From positions 26,474,001-26,538,000 of the forward strand of contig OX597826.1 in NCBI GenBank assembly GCA_951406725.2: a stretch of 64,000 nucleotides of DNA. Reading direction: 5' to 3'. Of this stretch, positions 17,946 to 32,560 are shown in pieces. Position 1 is the first letter of the stretch. The number at the start of each line of letters is the position of its first letter. This DNA is from Octopus vulgaris. Lineage: Eukaryota. A model generated the notes under the pieces. The model saw only the letters and a list, made by a program, of their open reading frames with translations, was not told where the DNA came from and searched no databases. Made by a program: the position numbers and the translations under genes.

Positions 17946-18127
17946 ATTTAAACAAAACAATGATTCGTTGATTCGACCACAATGAAATTGAGAACGGTAA
18001 GCGTAATGAAGATTGATTCTAGAAAGTTCTCAGTTTTCATCAAGGTTAATTTTAAAGGAAATTGATATTCCGTGTTGGTAATCCACAATAAACACACAAA
18101 GACGCAAAAGGCCTACACATACGTACA

Positions 18128-18161
<34 letters not shown>

Positions 18162-18321
18162 CTTGCGTACATACTTGCATACACAAACACACACACACAT
18201 GTACTTACGTACATACGTACATGGTCAATAGGTTCATCTATTAGAACACATATATACATGCAGAGACATACACACACTCATATATATATGCACATATATA
18301 CAAATATCTGTCTAGCTATCA

Positions 18322-18410
<89 letters not shown>

Positions 18411-18441
18411 TTTTTTTTCCTAGTTTCAGCTCAGAGCTGCG

Positions 18442-18497
<56 letters not shown>

Positions 18498-18898
18498 TAG
18501 ATAGAGAGATAGCTATAGATATTTATATATGTATATACATATAAAGATATATATGTGTATATCTGTATATGCGTATCTCTCTCTCTCTATATATATATAT
18601 AGTAAAATAAATATAAATATATATATATACACATATATACATATATATATATACATAAATGCCTCTTTTTGCATGTATATATGTTCATATAAAAAAAATA
18701 TACAATAACTCCAGATATGTGCATATTGCGTATATTTGAAGATCGACAACGAATAAATATAAATTGAAATGAGTATTGTTGATGATAATTTTTGAAAGTA
18801 TTTTCTCTTTCAAAGAGCCTAATTGTTTTGAATGTTTGTGAGTACATTCACCCCAGACGCTTTAGGGACTGAAAATATCCCTATAACTATATATGTAT

Positions 18899-18947
<49 letters not shown>

Positions 18948-20411
18948 CATATATATATATACATATATATGTGTGTATATATGTGTATATATATAATTTA
19001 TACATATACATATTATTGAATCTCCATTATTTTTGCCCCTTATATATATATATATATATTTATTTATACATACATACATATATATTTATATATATATATA
19101 TATATATATATGGAGAGAGAGAGAGAGAGAGAGACAGACAGAGAGAGATTGATAAGATACACATACATATGCGCATCTATGTATTTGTTTCGATATATAT
19201 TAATCTATATATAAGCATATGTATATCCTATTACGAGACTGATATAAAAGAACAAAATGTATCAAAACATAGAACGCCACAATTATTGGCCATTCCGAAT
19301 CATGCAAATTAGACAGTTAATTAACCCATTATCTTTGCATGCAATGCCTTCATGAAGTTAAGTCCAGTGTTGCTTGATAAACCACAACTCCAATATAATC
19401 CACGAATATCCAACGAACAATGGAACATTAAGCATGGCGTTAAAATATAATTAAAAAAAGCCGAATTTTTTTCTAATACTGATATAATTGTTTCGTTAAA
19501 AGTCCTTGCTTTGATGTAAACATGATATGATCTGGAGTGTGGTATGAGCAATATTCATAAGATAAGTGTAATATGTTACCTAACTTCAACATATCCAGCT
19601 TTCCGAATAAACAAACCAGCAGTGTCATGTTAATTAATCAAGAGACAATGAATATAGACCAAATATCTAATTAGAATTACCAATATTTAAGAAATAGAAA
19701 ATGAATGGGAAAATAATCTCAATTATCAGTTGGGTAGATAGAAGAATTAGTTTGTATATTAAAGGATAGTTGAATGAATTTCTATTCCAAAAATCTCATT
19801 GAACTTTGCAACTTGCTCATATAGGCTGGTACTGGCAAAACATGTTAGTATACCGGCAAATAGAAGGCGCCAAGCATGACATTTGACTCTATGAAAACGT
19901 TCTATGACAGCTGTCAAGGTAGTTAATATAACAACATAAACAGTGTTTAGTATATTGGGAAATCAAAGGCTGAATACATTCCTGCGTTACTTATTCATTT
20001 TCTTAATTCGTCTTGTTTTGATTAATCATTGCAGAACTGATAAAATATTGCGTTAAATTTAGATTTAATTAATGGAGATCCGGCTTATAATTGAGGGAGA
20101 ATAACTTAGAGAATACCGCAGGTAAGCGAAGGTCTCTATGAAAGTTTAGATGAGAAGGAGAGAAAAAGAAGTAGAAGGAAAAGAAAGAATTAAAATTCAA
20201 ATTTTGGCACAAGGCCAGCAATTTCCGCATATTTTATTGACCCTGGCAAAATCGAACTCGGCGGAATAGAAATAAAAGTATATGATAGTGTCAACAAAAA
20301 TAACATATCTAAATCGCACTCATTTGGTATGTATGCACACACATCGAACGCGCGCGTCTACGCGCATCGATATAAATATACATACATACATAAATACATA
20401 CATAAATACGT

Positions 20412-20463
<52 letters not shown>

Positions 20464-20643
20464 TTAGATAGATATATAGATAGATAGATATTCGTCAGAT
20501 TGACTGCTAACTCCAAAAGTATTTTCATTCTCTCAGTTTATTTCCTCGTGTTCCTTTCTGTTGAAAAGCGTCACTAGTATGAATTGGAAGCGATCCCACA
20601 CATCTTATTTTTGCAATAAGTATGCTGACTGATTACACAAAGA

Positions 20644-20931
20644 TACCCACCCTTTTCACTTTATATTTAGGTACTATGATTTCATAGCATAAAATGTGTG
20701 CAATTTTTGCTTAGATTAGTAGATGGTAGTGTGTTTAACTTTTGTAAAGAGAATTTTAACCCTGCACAATATATTGACTATAGAACATATAGTCTAATAT
20801 CAGAGCATATAAACCTCCATAACGGAAAACATGGGTAATGGTACAGGGGATAATAGATTTTCCCTAATAAATGTAACATATTTTCCGGCAAAAAGGATAA
20901 TCCCTAAGTTCAGGAGAAAAATGGGTGGGTA
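20644..20931. mobile_element. Possible small MITE
   Basis: Imperfect inverted ends tacccacccttttc / gaaaaatgggtgggta, bounded by TA. Confidence 0.4.
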
Positions 20932-21144
20932 CATTAGCGTAATTGGTTAGCAAGCAAGAAAGTAATAGCTGTGGGTTCGATTCGCACGCATGCAAAGTCC
21001 CATTGGTTTTTTTCATTACAAGGTATATATGCCTCTAATATTTGATTAGTTTTCTATAGTCAGTATACAGTGAAGGCTTTTAATTTTACTCACAAACATA
21101 TTCCAGTCGAAACCGTCCCCATTTCGTGCAGAAATCACACACAC

Positions 21145-21193
<49 letters not shown>

Positions 21194-21231
21194 TGTATGT
21201 ATGTATCTATCAATCTCTCTGTCTCTCCCTG

Positions 21232-21293
<62 letters not shown>

Positions 21294-21306
21294 ATATATC
21301 CTTTAC

Positions 21307-21667
21307 TAGTTTCAGTAATGACGCTGCGGCCATGCTCCGGCACCGCCTTGAAGAATTTTAGTCGCATAAATCGAACTTTGTACTTTTTCTTAAGCCTGTT
21401 GTTTGTTCTATTGTTTCCTTTTACCGAACTGCTACGTTATTTTGCCGTAAACACACCAACACCAGTTGTCAAACGGTGGAAAAGTAGTAAACAGAGATAC
21501 AAAGATACACACACCCATAGATATACACACATATACACGAAGGGCTTATTACAGTTTCCGTCTACCAACTCCACTCACAGTTAATCAGAGGCTATAGGTT
21601 ACACGCTGTGAGACTGAACACAGAACTTTGTGGTTGGGAAGCAAGCTTCTAACTTCACAGCTACGCC
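21307..21667 (-). mobile_element. SINE family A
   Basis: Collinear with 39700-40098. Confidence 0.7.
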
Positions 21668-21713
<46 letters not shown>

Positions 21714-22807
21714 TGTATGTATGTATGTATGTATGTATGTATGTATGTATGAATATGTGTGTGTGTATGTGAGTGTATCTCCATAAACATGTAAAACAAT
21801 CAAATATATATTATTTTCCTTCTGAAGATATCATACTCAGGTCCTATAAATTTAATATTTACTTAATGCTTACTGAACATTAAGTGAAACAGCTGTAAGG
21901 GATGATGATTAATTTGCTGTTAACAATAAACAATGGTTAACTTCTCAATCTCCATTTTCTTTTTCTTCTCGTGTGTACATATGTATGTACATATATATAT
22001 ATATGTTGTATATGTATATATGATTTCGATTATCATTATTATTATATCAGAATCTCCGAAGCAAAGTAAGTTTAAGATACTAAATGCAATATATAGTTTG
22101 TAATGTAAATTAGAAATACACAGGCAGAAATGCCGCTCTCATTCACAATTAAAGATCACGCGTTATTATCAGGAACTATAATTTTCCCAGTGGGTTTTGA
22201 TACCCATTTAGTAGCGAGTAAGTTTATAGATAACTGAATCAAAATGTACTGAAGAAATTATAAATATTTATATTGAATGATCTAAAAAAATGTATATTAA
22301 TATGTGAAGGATACTCTACTATATTTTAATTGCTAATTCAGTCCCATCAACTAGGTACTATGATCAATGTGCACAAAATCCTGGTTATGCTAACAGCGAA
22401 AAGTGAATTAAATATATTGGTTAGACATCGTATGATTTTAAGTTAGATCAAAGAATTATTTCATCTGTGAATAAATAAATTTGAGATTGTAAACTATAAT
22501 TGATGATGTGAAGAGGACATTCCCAAAACAGAACTAAATTTTCAGAAAGGAATGACTTTGCATCGTCAACAAATGCGAGAACTCGCTTGCAAACAAATGA
22601 CAAATGATGAACATTTACTTTATAATTAGAGGTGCCTCATCCCAGGTTTTCTTTAATTGTGTTAAAATTCTGACGAAACTGTGGATCACAAATGTGTAAA
22701 GAAAGAGTTTCATAATACGAGGTACCACTACAAAAATCACACCTAAATATCACATGACAACAACTTCTAACAAACGACGCACGCAACAACGTACTAAAGG
22801 ATATGTT

Positions 22808-22852
<45 letters not shown>

Positions 22853-23052
22853 AACAGACACTGATACAAGCTGATAGAGATGTAGATGGATTCATATACT
22901 GATCAATGAGTAGATGGGTAGATATATTATATCTAGACTAACTTTATACGCCTTCATTTTCGTCATCAGTATACAAGTTTTATATAGGCTGATTATTGTC
23001 GTTGTTCTTCTTACTGTAATTATTCTTGACAACAACGATGATGATGGCGATG

Positions 23053-23084
<32 letters not shown>

Positions 23085-23269
23085 TTATTTATTTATTTTT
23101 TAAATACATATTTTATCTGTGAATTTGCGTGTGTAATCTGAGAATGCATACAATGAACTTCTCTGCCCTAGGTGTACGGAAAATACTCGCCGAGAAACGG
23201 AAGAAAAATTGAAGAAAGAAGGAAAAAAATAATAATAATGGTGAAACTTTACTTTCTGGAATTACTTAC

Positions 23270-23358
23270 CCACTGCAGTAGAAATGTATCGTTAAAATTT
23301 TACAGAGCAGTATAAAGAGGAAATAATTATATAATGTCTTCTGCTGTACCCAAAACAT
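23270..23358 (-). CDS. Candidate first coding exon with signal-peptide-like sequence (unverified)
   Basis: ATG-MFWVQQKTLYNYFLFILLCKILTIHFYCSG followed by consensus donor GG|GTAAGT, in non-repetitive sequence. Confidence 0.22.
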
Positions 23359-24067
23359 TCAAAGAAAACTTTCCAAAACCGTACGATGACATCTACGTTT
23401 CAGTTTCCACATGAAATCGCTCGGTATTGTTTCTTCTACATTTTCAACGGCAGCAAAAATTGAGACAAAATGGCGTACCGAAAGACAGTTTTGTAAGGAG
23501 CTCAGAATTCCACAATGTTGATATACAGCTTGACATTATATTCAGCCTTAGTGATATGTTTATTTTTATATCCTCTGCATTATATTTTCTTTATTACATT
23601 TAATCAATAAACTTTGACGCAAGAATGTTCTTTGCTTTCGAAATATTTTTTTGCTCGATCGAATTATCAAAATTTAATTACTTTTTCTCCGTGAAATCTG
23701 AGATGTGACCTGTGAGAAGTATATTGGAACTTAAGATATTAAATATGACAAAAATCAAACAAACATAACAAGCAAAAAGAAAGACAACAGAGTGAATATA
23801 AGAAAAGTATAATAATATATGAAAATATATATGATATGAAAATATATTATATGAAATGATATCATATGATGTGAAGTTATATAACAAATTTAAATAAAAA
23901 GTTTATTGAATTATTTACGAATGTAGAAACGAAAACAAAATAAATTTGAATATATAAAAAAATAATTTAAGAATTACGAATTTTCAGTTGCAACATTTAA
24001 TAAATCTAGCGATGGCCAATAACGATTATAATAGAAACAACAACATTAAGGAGAACAACGGAAACCC

Positions 24068-24227
24068 TATCAGCAGCAGCAGCGTTGGCCACGATAGCAA
24101 TTGCTACGGAAACATCGCCACCATCACCAACACCAGCAGCAGCAGCAGCACCACCACCACCACCACCACCACCACCACCACCACCACTATCATCATCATC
24201 GTCGTGGTCATCGTCATCATCACCACC

Positions 24228-24261
<34 letters not shown>

Positions 24262-24370
24262 TCATCACCACCAACATCATCATCGCCACCACCACCACCA
24301 CGATCACCACCACCACTATCATCATCATCATCATTATCATCACCATCATCATCATCATCATCATCATCAA
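24068..24370. repeat. Compound (CAG/CAC/CAT)n microsatellite
   Basis: Directly visible. Confidence 0.9.
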
Positions 24371-24657
24371 TTGGTGCTGCATCAAGGAAAACAACCTCGT
24401 ATACAACTACAATAATGTTGGCTTTATATTCTGACCCAAGGCCAAGAATCTCGGAGGAGCGGGCAAATTCAATTACATGGACCACCACCGATGTTCAACT
24501 GGTTCTCATTTCATCGACCTTGAAAGGATGAAGGGCAATATCAACCTCGGCAGAATTCGAACTCAAAACCTAGAGCCCAATGAAAGGCCGCTAGGGATTT
24601 TGCCTGGCGTAACAGAAATACATGTTTTATCTGCCTGGATATTTTAACCTCGTTTCT

Positions 24658-24713
<56 letters not shown>

Positions 24714-26661
24714 GTATATGTATGTGTGTGTGTGTGTGTGTGTGTACTTATATATGCACCGTATTTTCCTGCATACGTTTCTACATTTCAGATCAAAATT
24801 TACAGCAATGAAGAATAGGCTAACTTAGACACTAAGACGCCTGAGGATGACAACAAATTCCATGTGAAAAGCAGTATAATTTAGAAAGATAATGACGATG
24901 TTTGAATGTTTAGTCTGCATCTCCGCCATGACGGTATAAATATCAAAAATGCTTCTTACCTGTTAAATCTTTATATATATATTAATAGATATACTATTCA
25001 TATAGATGTGGAATTATAATCGTAAATAAAGTCAAAAATAGAAAATAACAATTGCAATAATTAAACATTATTGGAAATGGAAACATGATTAGTTTCACTT
25101 TTTTTTTTATTGTGTTGCGAAATATCTTCTCCTCCGTTCCTTTTGGAATCTCTAGTGACCCATTCTATTCCAATCCCGACAATGTCTCGATTTCTTAATA
25201 AAATTTCTGATTGAAAAAATCATCTAGCATGAGTACAGCTATTAAAATTTATTATTTTTATACTGAAAAATCTAGCTCTACTTAAATAGTGATGGTGCAT
25301 TGCACAGTGGTTAGAGCGTCAGACTCACAACCATGAGGTAGTGACTTCGATTACTAGACTGGGTTGAGTCTTGTGTTCTTGAGCAAGACACTTTATTTCC
25401 TGTTGCTCAAGTTCACTCAGCTATAGAAATGAGTTATGACGTCACTGGTACCAAGGTGTATCGGCCTTTGCCTTTCCCTTTGAACTGGTTTTTAGGCGGT
25501 GAGCTGGCAGAATCCATAACACGCTTGAATATATGCTTACTGGCATTACGCCTGTCTTTACATTTTGATTTCAAATCCCGCCGAGGTCCACTTTGCCTTT
25601 CATTTTCCATAGTGAGCAACCCCTTCCATCAAAATTGCAGGCCTTGTGCCAATAAATGAAAGGCTTATTTTTATGAATTCACTCTTAAGTTGTTCGATTC
25701 TGAACAAGAAGTGAGTCATCTTAGTTGTTTACCTGAATATGAACTAGGTTCGAAGAGAATTATGTTCGAAAGTATTCCGACCATGAGTCGCCCGATTGTC
25801 ACGGTGTATCGCTGAATACATTGTCCATTGCTTCTTGCATTTCTGTCTGGAAGGAAGAATGGGTTGATATTTCTGTTATGAGAACTATATATTTACTTTA
25901 CAAACATCACAAACATCACAAAAATAAATCATTTTGAAGACGGATCAACATTCTATTCGTTCCTTGCCATTTTGAGTTTAGCATCTACCCCATCTCTCTC
26001 AGAATTATTTCCATACGGTTCTTTCATACCTCTTGGATATATCATTGGGAAGCTTAAATATAACCAATACAAAGTGATTTAGATCATAAAAGTATGTTCG
26101 ATATAAAAAGAAGCGCATTTTTTTTCTTGGGACAATTGCCCTGATCTGAAATGAGAACAAATGATTCTGTAAGAGTTCTAAATACGATGCGATATGGTAA
26201 GTTGGCAGACAGGGAACACGAGCGAATGGAAGAAGGATGAAAAGTATAAGCATTGAAGAGATCCAGTAAGTCTAAAGAGGCACACTGTCCTTTGATTTCA
26301 AGGTTTTATGTGGGATAAATGGCTTCCAATTGACTGTTTATATATAGATTTTATTTTTTTGTGAGATGAGTGTGGGGGTATATGGGTGTGTACGTGGATA
26401 TTTGTGTGTGTGTATATGTGTATATGTGTGTGTGCGCGTGTGTAAGTGTGTGTGTGTGTGACATGCATTGAGAGAAAATAGAGCGCAGCCTTTGTCGGGA
26501 TGTCAGTGCTGCACATGCAAAGACACGTAATGGTGCACACAAGCACATATTTAACACAGACACGTGCATTCAAACGGGAACACATATCAACACACACAAA
26601 AACAAATCATATACCCACATATGTATACATATATGCATGCACTCATTGTATATATATACAT

Positions 26662-26757
<96 letters not shown>

Positions 26758-28172
26758 TGTATTTCGGAATGGTCATTTTGCCGGTTTAGCCAATATAATT
26801 ATGTATGTATGCATCTATAAACGTGTAAAGATATACGTCTGTATATGTGTGTGTGTATAAGTATATATATATATATATATATATATAAGGACGCACATAC
26901 ACATATTAACATATACACACACATATATGTATATATATACACATGCACACACACACATACACATAAATGTTTTTATAAATGCATATGCATGTATTATTGT
27001 GTGTATACATACATATATATTTATATTATATATATGTACAAACATATATATATACATACCATTATGTGTATGTAAGTAAGTATATATATACATGTGTGTA
27101 TGTATCATTGCATATTATAAATATACACACAGACGCACCCATATATATTGTTGAATATGTTATATATATTATGAAGCAATATATATTTAATACATACATA
27201 TATGTACACACACACATACATGGACACACACACAGTCACTCATACACATATACACACATACACACACACACACACACAAACGGTTACACCTTTATCACTA
27301 CCTTGTCTCTCTCTGTTAGTTTCATTACCCTTTATTCATCGTTCACGTTCTCATATGTACTGAATGTGTTTGTGTGTAAATATACATGTGTCCATATCAA
27401 GGCATATTCATATTTGAGTTTGTATGTGTATGTGTATGTGCGTGTGTGTGTGTGTTTCTATAGGTGTATGCGTCTGTGTGTATGTGTGTGTGTGTGTGTA
27501 CATTATCACATTACGCATCAATTTTTCCAGCAGGTTTGTTTATCATTGTTTATCACCCAACACTTTATTTCATTAGCTTTATCTAACTCTCTATTTCCGT
27601 TATTTTATTCATAACATTTGCCTTATCTTCCTCTCACATAAGATTCCGGATGTCTATATTCAATAACATTTCTAGGTATTCTTAATTTTCCTATAGAATC
27701 GCTTATATATCTATTTGGATTATAATCATATTTGTTTATATCACTAATAGTCTCGTCTGCGATTTTTTTATTCTGTTTATGACTTTTCTTTGCATTTTTG
27801 ATTTTTATTGACACATGCATCTATCTATCTCCTCCTTTCCTTTTACGCTCATTACAAATCCTTTTCAGGACGTGAATATATTTCACAATCTCAATACTCT
27901 CCCTCTCTGTTTTTTCTCTTTTTTCTCGTTCTGTCTGTTTCTCTCTCTCCTTTCCTGTTCTCTCTCGAGGAATATTACACATGCGAGTCTAAGAGCGTGC
28001 ATGTGAGCGTGCTTCTGAATACGAACGCGTTCACGGACACACCACAAGAATATACACCATGGGCATGCATAGAGAAATATATTCACATATGCATGCATGC
28101 ATATATATATATAAATAAACACACATATGCATATATATACATATATAGACACACATATGTATATATATACAT

Positions 28173-28229
<57 letters not shown>

Positions 28230-28725
28230 CATCTACTTCCATTTCTGTAAGCTTATTCTATTTCACCTCTCACTCTAGACCTCTCCACTATTAGTTTACT
28301 GCTAATTTCTTTCTTTCTCCTCCTTCTTTTTCTATAAACTACCTTTGACGTTATATCTACTAACGATTAAAAAAATCTTGTTAGCGTTCCCTTCATCATA
28401 TACACAGTCATCACATTCTGTTAAAATGTCTTATTGATGTGTTTGGTTTCTTTCTTTCCTTGATGAGAAGATTGCATTGTTTTACACCATTTTGTTCCGT
28501 CTTCGAAACATATGTCGGAAGTAAAATAATTTGAATAACACCGGCGTTTAACTCCATTAATTTATCTATATATATATGTGTACATGTATATATATATATA
28601 TATATAAAATTGCATATGCATTAATTTTTATATACAAACTGATGACAGAATGAAGGATGAACTTTATATGATATATTTTATGTATTTCTGTACGCATTTG
28701 AGTACAAATATGTGCGTGTGTGTGT

Positions 28726-28760
<35 letters not shown>

Positions 28761-28957
28761 TGTGTATATGTGTGTGTTTGTGTGAAAGAGAGAGAGAGAG
28801 AGAGAGTGAGAGATAAAGCATATATGTGTGTGTTTGTTTGTGAGCGTGTGTATGTATAATATATGTTTAAATGTATATGTGTGAATTCATATACATATCT
28901 ATTTGTATCTATATATGCTAATCTAGCTATTTAATTATCTATAACATTATTCTTAAT

Positions 28958-29420
28958 AAGGCAGCGGAAGCTGGCAGAATCGTTAGCACGCCGGGCGAAA
29001 TACTTAGCGATATTTCGTCTACCTCTACGTTCTAAGTTCAAATTCCGCTAAGGTCGACTTTGCCTTTTATCCTTTCTGGGTCGATAAATAAGTACCAGGC
29101 AACTACTGCAGTCGATATAATCGACTATCCCCCTCCCCACCAATTTCAGGCATTGCACCTATAGTAGAAAGGTTCATTAATATTCTTGTTATTATTCGTA
29201 ATGTTATTAGGGCGGCAAGCTGGCTGAATCGTTATCACGGCGGGAAAATGCCTAGCGGCATTTTGTCCATGTTGATGCTCTGAGTTTAAATCCTACCGTG
29301 GTCGGCTTCGCCATTCATCCTTTCAGGGTCGATAAAATAAGTATTAGTTGAACACTACAGCCGATGCAATCCTCTTATCCATTCTCCCGAAAATACTGGT
29401 TTTGTGCTAAAATTTGAACC

Positions 29421-29425
<5 letters not shown>
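28958..29425 (+). mobile_element. Two tandem SINE family B copies followed by (ATT)n
   Basis: agctggcagaatcgttagcacg... occurs twice; tail aaatttgaacc-(tat)n. Confidence 0.7.
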
Positions 29426-29471
<46 letters not shown>

Positions 29472-30044
29472 CTCCTTCCTTCATTTTTGTTTTCATTTCT
29501 TGAGGAGTGTCTTCCCAACACATAGGGCAAAGAAATTGACTATATACAACTGTAGGCCTTATTACTATTATTATTATTATTATTATTGTTGTTGTTGTTG
29601 TTGTTTTTGTCGTCGTCATCGTCGTTATTATATTAGCCACGTTTGGATTTGGCTGACTGTGAATTTCTGGGTTTTCCAAAGTGCAAGAAGGAATAAGATT
29701 CTTTTCTAGAAATATGACAGTGCACCGCACATGGAAGTTTCCAGTTACGAAACCATCAGTCACATTCTTTGAACAGATGAGAACCAATAGCGCTTGACGC
29801 TACTTTCTTCGCAGGGTTTGCTAGCTCATAAAATCTGAGCAGATTTCGAAGAATGTCTCACCGAACGACCTATAACTTCAGCCGGTCAACGGCTGTGATT
29901 CCTCCTTTTCCTTTTTGTAGACTGTGAAGACAAGAAATGCAAAGTTAATCTTTTTTTATGTGTCTTTATTCGGTAGGAGAAGCAGTGTTCATGACATTAT
30001 ATAGGGCCTCCATGACTGGAGAGAAAAATATTTTCTTACTTTTT

Positions 30045-30216
30045 TTCAGTCGTTCGACTGCGGCCTTGCTGGGGTACATCTTGAAAGGTTTTAGCTGAAG
30101 AAATTGACAACAGGGCTTATTTTTTCTGTAAGCCTGATACTCAAGCTATCGACTCTTGCAGAACCGCCGAATTACGGAAAGTAAACATGTTAGCACCAGT
30201 TGTCAGGTGGAGGACA
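30045..30216 (-). mobile_element. SINE family A 3' half, abutting the RTE break
   Basis: ttcagtcgttcgactgcggccttgctgggg...gcaccagttgtca..ggacaaa. Confidence 0.6.
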
Positions 30217-32560
30217 AATCAGGTGTCCTTTTGATCCCAAAAGATGAACATTGCACGCTGTTGTTTCGGACACTTCTCCTGGAGTTGACGGGCACGAACG
30301 ATCATATCAATTGTGCCTCGAGAAGTTCGAATACCACACTGAGACTCAGGGAGTACGTTTTCTGCGAGGATGAGGAAGCGATTGGGTAGGATACGGGTGA
30401 AGATCTTACTTCCAATACTCAAGAGAGATGTCCCGATAGTTGTTGCAATCCTCTCAGTCTCCCTGCTTGTAGATGGTGATGATAGTTGCATCGCGGAAGT
30501 CGTTCGGGGGGGGGAGGGTTCTTGCTTTTCCAGATCCTGATGATAAGGAGCATCAAATGATTTGTCAGCTGAGGACCTCTGTGCATGAAAAACTCAAACG
30601 GGATGTTGTCTGGTCCTGGAGCTTTCTCCGGCATCATGTGCGCAAGTGCTTTGTTGATCTCATGGCTTGAGGGTGGCAGGGACATCCGATTGCGGATGGG
30701 GAGCTGTGGGGTGTTTTGGAGGAGATCATCAGGAGTGCGTATGTGGTCGTTAAGTATGCACTCGAAATGGGACTTCCAGCGATCGAGGTTTCCATGGGTG
30801 TCGGTTATAGTAGAGCCAGCTGCGTTCTTCAGGTCATCCACTAATGACCTTGTAGGGCCGAAGATCTTGGTTGCAGCATAAAAGCTGTGCAATGGTCCGG
30901 ATAGTTTTGAGTCTCCCATGGCACAGATATTATGAGCTTCTCAAATCCCTCGCTGGCATTCCGTTGATGCTTGCTGGTGTTTACTTTTGTTCTCCGCAGT
31001 GGCATGGTTCTCGGAATTTGGTTTAGAAAACATGGGAGATGGTTTCATCATTCTCGTCAAACCAGTCTTGGTCCTTCTTTCGGGCAAGGCCGATTTCCTC
31101 CTCGGCGACAGCGGTCATTGCTTCACGAAGGCTGGTCCAGCGATTCTCAATAGAGCTTGGCTCTGGGAGGTTCATCAGATGTATCTCAATAGATTCCCTG
31201 AAGTCTTGGGATGCCTATGAGATCCGGTGTTTGGCGCAATCGAAGCGTCAATACGGGATACTTCCTGTGACCCGCTTTGGTGGACTGCAGATGTGATGGT
31301 AAGAAATAAGAAGGCGGTGGTCCATCATCTGTATCAGGCATGGAGCGGGTGATACGTACATCTCCTCTGTCACTGTCACTGGATCTTGTTAGAAAGTGGT
31401 CGAGAATGTACCAGTGTTTAGACAATGGGTGTTTTCAGGTTTTTTTGTCGGGTAGGGAGACGAAATATGCAGTTGGTCATGACGAGTTCGTGCTCGCCGT
31501 AAGGCCCAAGAGGAACTAGCCATCGGCATTGCATTTCCCAATGGCGTGGTGACCAAGAATGCCATTCCACAAACAATGGTCACTGCCGACTCTGCCGTTA
31601 AAGTTCCCCAGCACGACGTGTTTGTCATGTGCAGGTACTGTCTGGATGGTGCGGTCTAGCAGGTTGTAGAACGAAGTTTTGATGTCGTCTTCAGATGTGA
31701 GTGTAGGGGCATACACAGATATCAGCCTAAGGAATCTGTCCCGAAAGAGTGAGATCCGAATAGTCATCAGGCGCTAACTGACAGCAGTTGGGACGAGTCT
31801 GTGTTGATCCAAGAGTTGCGTTTTGATGGCAGAGCCAACTCCATGGATGCGTGGTTCATTAGCATTCTTCCCCTTCCAAAATATGGTGGATTTGGAGCCA
31901 GCTTCTCTGATGCTGCCTTCTCCAGGAAGCCTAGTCTCGCTCAAGTCTGCCACATCGATGTTGAAGCCGTCAAGTACCTTGCTGACGTGGGCTGTATGTC
32001 ACTCTGTTCGATTAATGTCACTCTTGTCCTGAAGTGTGCGGATGTTCCAGGCCACGAAATTGAGAAGTTGTGAAACAGAGGATTTAATTGAGTTCAGACC
32101 GCTAAGTGGGAGGTCCGCCAGCAACGGTATGCTGGCTAGATCGAGTTGCCGTGTCCGATGTTTACACCACCTTTTCTAGGGTCTTCCCCTTGAGGGGTGG
32201 GCTGCGGCTATCCTAAGGGCCCAGCCCAGTCACGACTCTAGCTGCCGAACTCCAATATCACGGCTATTCACTGGAGAGCGACTGAGATCCGCCGCCAATG
32301 TGTGGTCACGGACTAGAGGCTTCCAGCTTTCCAGACCTGCCTCTGGTCCCCACGATACCATCGACATTGGGCGTTTTGAGACAGATTAGAAAGATGAAGG
32401 AATTCATGGAGTAAATTGTTTATAAGTGATCGTGTAAATAAGTGATCGTGGCTGCACTTGGCCAGGAATGTCTCCATGGCGGATCAAGTATCAATGGAAC
32501 ACACAATCTTTTGGAATCACTGGAACACGCAAGCTCTTCCACCACAAGGGACGACCATCA
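30217..32560 (-). mobile_element. Decayed RTE-clade LINE (5' UTR, AP endonuclease, start of RT)
   Basis: Minus-strand NFVAWNIRTL, DLSETRLPGEGS, MTIRISL..ISVYAPT, LGNFNGRVG, KHWYILDHFL, KAPGPDNIP and LPESQCGIR..RGTIDMI..ARQLQEKC. RTE-like 5' motif ccttgtggtggaagagcttgcgtg near 32530-32550. Multiple frameshifts. Confidence 0.9.

Noticed and set aside
18820-18880. Minus-strand acceptor (ttttcag) as second exon of the 23.3 kb candidate
   Set aside because: Joining in phase 2 gives an immediate stop (GGT CCC TAA).
23988-24531. Poly-His/Pro/Ser ORFs
   Set aside because: CAC/CAT repeat running into a SINE; no domain or exon support.
24835-24880. Hammerhead-like ctgagga...gaaa
   Set aside because: No convincing stem I or stem III pairing.
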